DNA of 32,000 nucleotides from Alkanindiges sp. WGS2144 (GTDB lineage Bacteria; Pseudomonadota; Gammaproteobacteria; Pseudomonadales; Moraxellaceae): NCBI RefSeq assembly GCF_043950625.1, contig NZ_CP171007.1; one strand, 5' to 3'. Shown piece by piece: positions 26,601 to 32,000 of this stretch (position 1 is its first letter; each line of letters starts with the position of its first letter). The notes under the pieces were generated by a model. It saw only the letters and a program-made list of their open reading frames with translations, ran no database searches and was not told where the DNA came from. The position numbers and the translations under genes were made by a program.

Positions 26601-26976
26601 GGTAAAGGATGCCAATGCTGCTACCTTGGCAGATGCCAAACAATATACTGATGTAGGTAACGTGAATACGTTAGCGCAAGCTAAAGACTATACGAATAAT
26701 CGGCTGGCAGCTCTAGATCGAGATATTCAGGAGTTCAAGCAGGATTCTCGTGCTGCGATAGCTTCCAGTATTGCTATCGCATCCCTGCCACAACCAACCA
26801 ATGCTGGTTATAGCATGATGAGTATGGGTGCCGGTACATGGAGAGGAGAGCAAGGTATTGCTGTTGGGGTAAGTAGTGTAACGGATAATAATAAGTTTAT
26901 TTTCAAGGCAGCAGGTACAGCAAACACTCAGGGTGATTTTGGGGGGGGAGTTGCTGTTGGCTTCCAGTGGAAATAA
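23680..26976 (+). CDS. Body of the trimeric autotransporter adhesin: signal-peptide h-region, YadA-like head repeats, neck, collagen-like stalk, third head and YadA-type beta-barrel anchor
   Basis: This frame is open upstream back into the repeat tract (..TQLKAITALFKKYNNKSFSFIPSSLPLKPLAFALMTVSGSGQVWA/D) and lacks a start codon of its own with a usable signal peptide. It has many 14-residue SSA(L/I/V)G-x-x-N-x-A head repeats, neck motifs (YTVSVGRAGAEKRITNVA..DAVNFSQL and TVSVGAAGKERQVINVAAGTADTDAANVKQV), 88 G-X-Y triplets, and the C-terminal anchor AAIASSIAIASLPQP...GAGTWRGEQGIAVGVS...GGGVAVGFQWK. Confidence 0.9.
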   Translation: MMTVSGSGQVWADVICENSIASTAEGTSAVACGVDVHASGYVSSAMGFGSEASGDQSSAFGLNNTASGHSSSALGFWNEASENVSSALGVSNRAFGESSSAVGYGNGATNFASSAIGAANYASGSLSSAIGMQNRAYGDSSSAIGHTNEAAGYGSNAVGYTNTAIGQYSTAVGSSQTLNRSVDFTNNGTGGTIDSINGINVETTAITWDELVADSTKLTSVQGIAFNEGQQQAFIERMRYTGNLALGDYSNVFGNQSNALGSYSSAIGAGNTASGDYSSAVGEANTASAGFSSALGSRNIASAGASSAVGFNNTASADNSSAVGFWNEASANYSSAIGSDNVASGDGSSAVGYGNNALGQASNAVGHGNTASADNSSAFGVSSQATASYATAIGYNSLADEEYTVSVGRAGAEKRITNVADAQNDHDAVNFSQLQTTNDNVSGLIGRIITNESNINGLQSNIATALGGGANFTGGGFTAPTYVIQNNNYHDVGSALTAVDGKLANLDNRLSTIETNNGIKGADGDSAYQVAVNNGFTGTETEWLSSLKGDTGATGAQGEKGDKGDIGAQGIRGEKGDTGEKGDIGLTGAKGDQGVAGKDGRDGIDGKNGKDGKDGLNGRDGIDGKDGAKGDKGDIGLTGDKGDKGDKGDKGDKGNTGAAGKDGLNGKDGVKGDKGDKGDAGLNGLDGKDGAKGDKGDKGDQGLKGETGLKGKDGVDGKDGAKGDQGEKGDRGEQGLQGLKGEAGLKGVDGKDGAKGDKGDTGLTGAKGDTGAAGKDGLNGKDGATGSKGDKGDTGLTGAKGDKGEQGIAGKDAFMLAIENGFTGTEQEWLSALTGFDSPYFDTQGNAGDQTQPAKAEGESSIAIGQGALAGGKQSISIGTGNQVTGNNSGAIGDPSTVSGNNSYSVGNDNTVTSDNTFVLGNNVNTSAKNAVILGNDSESNRDNTVSVGAAGKERQVINVAAGTADTDAANVKQVKDANAATLADAKQYTDVGNVNTLAQAKDYTNNRLAALDRDIQEFKQDSRAAIASSIAIASLPQPTNAGYSMMSMGAGTWRGEQGIAVGVSSVTDNNKFIFKAAGTANTQGDFGGGVAVGFQWK
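25324..26115 (+). repeat. Collagen-like coding region: 88 uninterrupted Gly-X-Y triplets within the adhesin
   Basis: I counted GDT GAT GAQ GEK GDK ... GEQ GIA GKD as 88 triplets (264 aa, 792 nt) with no interruption. There is no proline, and Asp, Lys, Glu, Thr, Leu and Ala dominate. Three more triplets (GIKGADGDS) lie at 25231-25257. Confidence 0.9.
25594..25638 (+). repeat. Perfect 9-bp tandem repeat (GGCGATAAA)x5 encoding (GDK)5
   Basis: Read directly from the sequence. It is in frame, so copy-number change would alter stalk length without breaking the frame. Confidence 0.9.
26941..26948 (+). repeat. G8 homopolymer inside the anchor-coding region
   Basis: GATTTTGGGGGGGGAGTT encodes DFGGGV, 9 codons before the stop. 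Confidence 0.9.
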
Positions 26977-26987
26977 TGTTTAGTGAG

Positions 26988-27014
26988 CACAGGGCAGTTT
27001 AATTTTGCCCTGTG
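26988..27014 (+). terminator. Hairpin immediately after the adhesin stop codon
   Basis: CACAGGGCA-gtttaattt-TGCCCTGTG. There is no strong T-run, so terminator function is uncertain. Confidence 0.4.
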
Positions 27015-27037
27015 TTGATGTCTCTATACTTGTTATG

Positions 27038-27069
27038 AAGAAAGCCTCAACAATCGTTGAGGCTTTCTT
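27038..27069. terminator. Strong bidirectional terminator between the adhesin and the convergent ETF-QO gene
   Basis: AAGAAAGCCTCAAC-aatc-GTTGAGGCTTTCTT is a perfect 14-bp stem with T-rich and A-rich flanks. Confidence 0.75.
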
Positions 27070-27083
27070 ATGCTATAATCGAA

Positions 27084-28754
27084 TTACATATTTGGATAGT
27101 TCGGCCCGCCACCACCTTCCGGGGTTACCCAGGTGATGTTTTGTGACGGGTCTTTAATATCACAGGTTTTGCAATGTACGCAGTTGGCCGCATTGATCTG
27201 GAAACGTGGCTGATCTTTGTTTTCACCGCCGTCATTCACAATTTCATATACGCCAGCCGGGCAGTAGCGTTGTGCCGGTTCAGCCCATTTTGGCAGGTTC
27301 ACTTCCACTGGAATGGTAGGATCAGTCAGTAGCAGGTGTGCTGGCTGATTTTCTTCATGCACCGTGTTGGAAATAAACACAGAAGACAGACGATCAAAGC
27401 TGATTTTACCATCCGGCTTTGGATAGTCTGGCTTATGATGGTTTTCCTGTACAGTTTGCAGTGCCTTGTAATCGGGCATTAAATCGCGCAGGGTGAATGG
27501 AATATGGAAAATATTCTGGTCAATAAAGTTAAAACCACCGCCCACAAAGGTGCCAAACTTGTGCATGGCCGCACCAAAGTTACGTGACTTGTACAGCTCC
27601 TCACGCAGCCAGCTGTTGTTGAACTTGTCAGTGTAGCTGGTGACTTCATCACTTGCACGGCCTTCGGCAATCGCTTCAAAGATTGCTTCGGCACACAACA
27701 TGCCGGATTTCATGGCGGTGTGGGAACCCTTGATCTTGGCAAAGTTCAAAAAGCCTGCATCATCACCAATCAGGCAACCACCCGGAAAGGTCAGTTTTGG
27801 CAGGGCATTTAAGCCGCCTTTGACGACTGCACGTGCGCCATAGGACAGACGCTTGCCGCCTTCCAGATATTGCTTGATGACCGGATGGTGCTTCCAGCGC
27901 TGCATTTCTTCAAATGGGTAGGTGTGCGGGTTTTTATAGGACAGGTCAATGATCATGCCCAGGGTAACCTGATTGTTCTCAGCATGGTATAACCACCAGC
28001 CACCACTGGAACCGGTTTCAGTGAGTGGCCAGCCAGCACCGTGCATAACCAGACCTTCTTTATGATTGGCCGGGTCAATTTCCCACAGCTCTTTAATGCC
28101 AATACCGTAGTGCTGTGGATCAGAGTCCTTGCACAAATCAAAACGGCTCATCAGGCGCTTGCCCAGATGGCCCCGGCAACCTTCGGCAAAAATGGTATAT
28201 TTGGCCAGCAGTTCATAACCCGGTGCAAAATTGTGAGTGGGCTGGCCATCTTTGCCAATACCCATATCACCGGTTACCACACCGCGTACACTGCCATCTT
28301 CGTTATACAATACATCGGCGGCGGCAAAACCCGGGAAAATGGACACTTCCATTTCTTCGGCCTTTTGACCCAGCCAGCGTACCACGTTACCTAGGCTCAC
28401 AATATAGTTGCCATCGTTGTGCATGGTTTTGGGTACAAAGAAATGTGGCATTTCAATGCTTTTTTCTGGCGATAGCAGGAAGTAGGTTTTGTCTTCCTTG
28501 GCAGGCACGGTTAAAGGAGCGCCCTGTTCTTTCCAGTCGGGGATCAGCTCGTTTAAGGCACGTGGTTCCAGTACGGCACCGGATAAAATATGTGCACCGA
28601 CTTCAGAACCTTTTTCTACCACACACACCGATAGTTCTGGCATGTTTTTTTCGATGGCAAGCTGGCGCAGGCGAATAGCGGCAGAAAGGCCAGCAGGCCC
28701 CGCACCAACAATAACCACGTCAAACTCCATCGCTTCGCGTTCGATGTGTTCCAT
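27084..28754 (-). CDS. Electron-transfer flavoprotein-ubiquinone oxidoreductase (ETF-QO)
   Basis: 556 aa with the FAD motif FDVVIVGAGPAGLSAAIRL and the C-terminal 4Fe-4S/ETF-QO signature CPAGVYE...NCVHCKTCDIKDPSQNITWVTPEGGGGPNYPNM. Confidence 0.95.
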   Translation of the reverse strand: MEHIEREAMEFDVVIVGAGPAGLSAAIRLRQLAIEKNMPELSVCVVEKGSEVGAHILSGAVLEPRALNELIPDWKEQGAPLTVPAKEDKTYFLLSPEKSIEMPHFFVPKTMHNDGNYIVSLGNVVRWLGQKAEEMEVSIFPGFAAADVLYNEDGSVRGVVTGDMGIGKDGQPTHNFAPGYELLAKYTIFAEGCRGHLGKRLMSRFDLCKDSDPQHYGIGIKELWEIDPANHKEGLVMHGAGWPLTETGSSGGWWLYHAENNQVTLGMIIDLSYKNPHTYPFEEMQRWKHHPVIKQYLEGGKRLSYGARAVVKGGLNALPKLTFPGGCLIGDDAGFLNFAKIKGSHTAMKSGMLCAEAIFEAIAEGRASDEVTSYTDKFNNSWLREELYKSRNFGAAMHKFGTFVGGGFNFIDQNIFHIPFTLRDLMPDYKALQTVQENHHKPDYPKPDGKISFDRLSSVFISNTVHEENQPAHLLLTDPTIPVEVNLPKWAEPAQRYCPAGVYEIVNDGGENKDQPRFQINAANCVHCKTCDIKDPSQNITWVTPEGGGGPNYPNM

Positions 28755-28953
28755 GAAAACTCCTCACATGAATGGGTGGCAACCGTAAGATGCTTTTTTA
28801 CTACACCAAGCATGGTTCGGTGCTGCCATGAGTATTTGATCAGACACAAAAAAGGTATGTCTTAAACATTACCCTATAGTATAAAGTTATTCATGGGCTT
28901 AAGCCAATTGGCAATATACTGATTATTTAATGTCAACTTGGACAAATTAGACA

Positions 28954-29586
28954 ATGAACCAGAACCATCAGGCACAAAACTTACCAACAGCCGCGCCAGA
29001 CCCTACTACGCAATCTGGTACAAGTTTGAATAAAATCATCAGGTTGCTAAAAGACGCGCAGGGTACTGCTGCGCGAAGCATTCCACCGGTGGATCAGTGG
29101 AACCCCCAGTTTTGCGGCAATATGGACTTAACAGTCAAGGCCAATGGCGAGTGGTGGCATGAAGGCTCAAGAATCGGCCGTGATGCCATGATCCGTTTGT
29201 TTGCCAGTGTCCTATGGCGCGAGGATGAGCAATATTATCTCAAAACGCCGGTAGAAAAACTGGCAATTACGGTTGAAGATGTGCCCCTGCTGGTCACCCG
29301 GATTGAAAAAGTTGAGGATAACGGTACGGCTTATTTAACCTGCATGACGCAAACTGGTGATGTGGTGGTGATTGATGCCGCGCATCCGGTGTTTTTACGT
29401 GCCTATCACGGGGAGGTTCGACCTTATATTCGGGTACGCTGGAACCTTGAGGCATTGATTCACCGTAATGCATTTTATCACTTGCTGGATGAAGGGGAAT
29501 TTGTAGAGAAAAATGGAAAAACTATAGTAAAATTAACCAGTGGTGATTTTGAGTGTGAGCTGGATGAGGAAACACTGTCGCCATAG
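28954..29586 (+). CDS. DUF1285 domain protein
   Basis: 210 aa. PPVDQWNPQFCGNMDLTVKANGEWWHEGSRIGRDAMIRLFASVLWREDEQYYLKTPVEK resembles the DUF1285 family core as I recall it. Confidence 0.6.
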   Translation: MNQNHQAQNLPTAAPDPTTQSGTSLNKIIRLLKDAQGTAARSIPPVDQWNPQFCGNMDLTVKANGEWWHEGSRIGRDAMIRLFASVLWREDEQYYLKTPVEKLAITVEDVPLLVTRIEKVEDNGTAYLTCMTQTGDVVVIDAAHPVFLRAYHGEVRPYIRVRWNLEALIHRNAFYHLLDEGEFVEKNGKTIVKLTSGDFECELDEETLSP

Positions 29587-29720
29587 CGGCTAATCTGCCT
29601 AATACAATAGTATGTACGCTCTGGTTTAAACCAGTTTGTGGGATGCAAATTATATTCATAGTCAGTTAGTTGATTTAATTCGCTATTTAATCAACCATCA
29701 ATTCATAAGTGTTGCGCTCC

Positions 29721-30641
29721 ATGACGTCAACTCACCCTCCTGATTCGCCATTAACTGAACAGCACAGTTCATCACGTGCACAGGCACCGATTGGTGTATT
29801 TGATTCTGGTATGGGTGGCTTATCCGTGGTTCAGGAGTTACAGGCTTACTTGCCCCATGAACCCATTATTTATCTGGCTGATACCAAACATGTGCCTTAT
29901 GGAGAGCGTAGCGATGAGGAGATTTGCCAGCTCACCTCACAAGCCGTGGCCTGGCTGTATCAGCAGGGCTGTAAGGCGGTGGTGGTTGCCTGTAATACAG
30001 CCTCTGCATATAGCCTAAATACACTACGTCAGCATTATGGGCCGGATTTTCCAATTATTGGGCTGGTACCTGCTGTTAAACCGGCAGTGTTAAAAACCCG
30101 AACCGGAGTGGTGGGCGTGCTGGCAACCCCGGGAACCTTGCGCGGCAATTTATTAAAACAGGTGATTGAGCAAGTGGCTGTTCCCGCCCAGGTGCAGGTC
30201 ATGACGGTGGTGAGTCCGGCTTTGGTGCCTTTTGTTGAACAGGGGCAGCAGGACAGTAAGCAGTGCCGTGGCGAGCTCAAAAGAATACTACAGCCGCTAC
30301 AGCAGGCCGGTGCTGACTATCTAGTACTCGGCTGCACCCATTATCCGTTTTTAAAAAACAGTATTTATGCAGAATTTGGCCAGCAATTTACCCTGATTGA
30401 TTCTGGACTGGCGGTTGCCAGACAAACAGGGCGGGTACTTGCTGCGCAGGGTCTGGTTTTTCCGACCAGTGGTACAATAACTCATAAGCCTGCGATGCCT
30501 TTGCTACAGTGTTTTGTCAGCGGAGATATTGCCGCGGCACAGCCGGTTTTAACTGATTTAAGACAAAAAAATGCGCAGCCGGACGTACAGATACAACAAG
30601 CAATTATTGCTGTTGACGCTGCTACTGCCTGTAAGGCTTAA
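29721..30641 (+). CDS. murI: Glutamate racemase
   Basis: IGVFDSGMGGLSV, the catalytic VVACNTAS and the LGCTHYPFL motif. The ATG at 29721 is preferred over the track's GTG at 29709. Confidence 0.9.
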   Translation: MTSTHPPDSPLTEQHSSSRAQAPIGVFDSGMGGLSVVQELQAYLPHEPIIYLADTKHVPYGERSDEEICQLTSQAVAWLYQQGCKAVVVACNTASAYSLNTLRQHYGPDFPIIGLVPAVKPAVLKTRTGVVGVLATPGTLRGNLLKQVIEQVAVPAQVQVMTVVSPALVPFVEQGQQDSKQCRGELKRILQPLQQAGADYLVLGCTHYPFLKNSIYAEFGQQFTLIDSGLAVARQTGRVLAAQGLVFPTSGTITHKPAMPLLQCFVSGDIAAAQPVLTDLRQKNAQPDVQIQQAIIAVDAATACKA

Positions 30642-30779
30642 CCCCTGAGTACTCAAAGTTCAGTTGCATCCGTCAAGCATGAGCGCTAGACTGCAAAAAA
30701 ATAAAAAAGTAGTGTAATAAATAGTCTAGTTATACCGTTTTTGAAACGAATATGACTATTTTTGCCTACAGGTGCGCTA

Positions 30780-30801
30780 TAATGTGAGTTGGTTCACATT
30801 A
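30780..30801. promoter_or_regulatory. Perfect palindrome TAATGTGA-N6-TCACATTA (CRP/Vfr-type consensus core) overlapping a TATAAT box
   Basis: TATAAT lies at 30778-30783. The 8-bp arms lie at 30780-30787 and 30794-30801 and contain TGTGA-N6-TCACA. The site is about 40 nt upstream of the DUF4062 start codon. Confidence 0.45.
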
Positions 30802-30831
30802 TTTTGTATTCAAGGATGATCGACCAAGGGC

Positions 30832-31845
30832 ATGTTTATGATTGACAAACGCTACCATGTATTTATCTGCACGTCAGGCGCAGATATGCACGCAGAACGT
30901 GTGGTGCTGTCGCAGGCGCTGGTCAGTCAGGGATTTTTTTCCTGGGGCCTGGAGCAAAGAACCCCGCTTACTACGGCTTTTGCCCGCCGGCAAATTGATG
31001 ACTGTGATTATTTTGTGCTGTTATTGGGCGGGTGCTACGGAGAGCTATCGGCCTCTGGTGTAAGTTATATGCATCTGGAATATATCTATGCAGTGACCAA
31101 GCGTAAGCCGATTCTGGTGCTGATGCATGAGGCACCTGAAAGCAGGCCAGCAGAGTTACAGGAAAAAACTAGCGAAGCCAGATCAAAATTTAATGATTTT
31201 CGCCAGCAGTTACAGCGTGAGCGCGAAGTGGTGGTGAGCTACCGCAATATGCGTGATCTGGAAATGGCGGTACGCCGTGCCATGCCCATGATGATCGAGC
31301 GTTCGCCAACAGCAGGCTGGATTCGTCCGCAGGATACGCAAAAATTACAGGATGAAATTGATCAGTTGCGTCAGAAAATTGCCCAGCTTGAGCATAATCC
31401 GTCAGTAAGCCAAAAAGAATCCGTGCTGAGCATGCCCAAAGTTCATCCCGAAGATGAATTTGCCTTTGACTATAAAGTACATGCCTACCAGGATGGTAAC
31501 TTTAAAGAACTGCGTCCGCAGCGCAAGATGAAGTGGGCTGAGATTCTGGCAGTGCTAGGGCCCGGTTTTAGTCCGGCTGCCCCTGAGGAAAATTTTGCCC
31601 GGGTGATGAATGAATACCTGAATCAGACGTCGCTGACTGATGTACGTGAGGTGATGCCACGAGCCCATGCCACGGCACGTAGCCAGATTAATGTGCGCGC
31701 CCTGCACAGTATAAAAATGCAGCTTAAGCATAACCAGTGGATTATTCCCGCCGGGCGCGATATGCGTCAGCGTCTGCTGTGGGAACTTACGCCAAAAGCG
31801 GAACAAATTCTGATGCATACCAGTCGGGACAAAAAAGCCATCTAG
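30832..31845 (+). CDS. DUF4062-domain protein with a central coiled coil and an uncharacterised C-terminal domain
   Basis: The N-terminal ~100 aa (YHVFICTSGADMHAERVVLSQALVSQGFFSWGLEQ...IDDCDYFVLLLGGCYGELSASGVSYMHLEYIYAVTKRKPILVLMHE) follow the DUF4062 pattern as I recall it (vFiSS..D...ER..v...l......g.E.f.a......I..cD.yvli.G.rYG....g.SyTe.Ey.yA...gkP.l.f). QKLQDEIDQLRQKIAQLE is a coiled-coil segment. The second ATG at 30838 is an alternative start. Confidence 0.6.
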   Translation: MFMIDKRYHVFICTSGADMHAERVVLSQALVSQGFFSWGLEQRTPLTTAFARRQIDDCDYFVLLLGGCYGELSASGVSYMHLEYIYAVTKRKPILVLMHEAPESRPAELQEKTSEARSKFNDFRQQLQREREVVVSYRNMRDLEMAVRRAMPMMIERSPTAGWIRPQDTQKLQDEIDQLRQKIAQLEHNPSVSQKESVLSMPKVHPEDEFAFDYKVHAYQDGNFKELRPQRKMKWAEILAVLGPGFSPAAPEENFARVMNEYLNQTSLTDVREVMPRAHATARSQINVRALHSIKMQLKHNQWIIPAGRDMRQRLLWELTPKAEQILMHTSRDKKAI

Positions 31846-32000
31846 TCGCTCTGGTTTCCACGCAGGCGGCTTTTACCATCTTATGCGCTGGATACAACAA
31901 AAATAATTCCAGAGACTATACCGGTTTGATCTAGACGCATAAGGCTTTGTGTTTTTTAGTCAGTCTTGTTAAGTTGTGCTGAGCTTTTTGATATTTAGAC

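Noticed and set aside
28041..28788. Three plus-strand ORFs (99-187 aa) inside the ETF-QO locus
   Set aside because: They lie antisense to a full-length ETF-QO gene with diagnostic FAD and 4Fe-4S motifs.
29620..29700. Palindromes CTGGTTTAAACCAG and GTTGATTTAAT-N5-ATTTAATCAAC upstream of murI
   Set aside because: They are real in the sequence and possibly regulatory. I cannot tie them to any known regulator or to a terminator function, so I did not call them as features.

Overview
This window looks like chromosomal DNA from a gammaproteobacterium, probably Moraxellaceae or Acinetobacter-like; that guess rests only on protein motifs and gene order. Most of it is housekeeping: rnr (truncated at the window start), three tRNAs with sigma70-like promoters, hslO, a Kef-type K+ efflux gene, priA, gspF-gspG, ahpC-ahpF, lnt-corC, tusA, ETF-ubiquinone oxidoreductase, a DUF1285 gene and murI. 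Four regions stand out. (1) A BigR-type persulfide-response locus has an ArsR-family regulator divergent from a YeeE/YedE-YeeE/YedE-MBL dioxygenase-DUF202 operon. A perfect 14-bp inverted repeat sits in the shared promoter region. (2) A 1230-bp IS3-family element with intact ends, a 3-bp TAG target duplication and an A6G frameshift site splits a YhhW-type pirin gene. (3) The main finding is a roughly 1200-codon trimeric autotransporter adhesin (TAA). It is split into two ORFs by a tract of 20 ACTCA pentanucleotide units lying in the signal-peptide-coding region. Removing one unit or adding two fuses the ORFs, which fits an opa-like translational phase-variation switch currently in the OFF state. 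The same gene carries 88 uninterrupted proline-free Gly-X-Y triplets, a collagen-like domain, bracketed by a duplicated NGFTGTE-EWL motif that I associate with phage tail fibres. A (GGCGATAAA)5 repeat and a G8 run also lie in the gene, and a TetR plus PhyH-family oxygenase pair sits just upstream. (4) An orphan DUF4062 gene lies near the window end, with a perfect TGTGA-N6-TCACA palindrome overlapping its TATAAT box. No CRISPR array, rRNA gene or prophage was seen.
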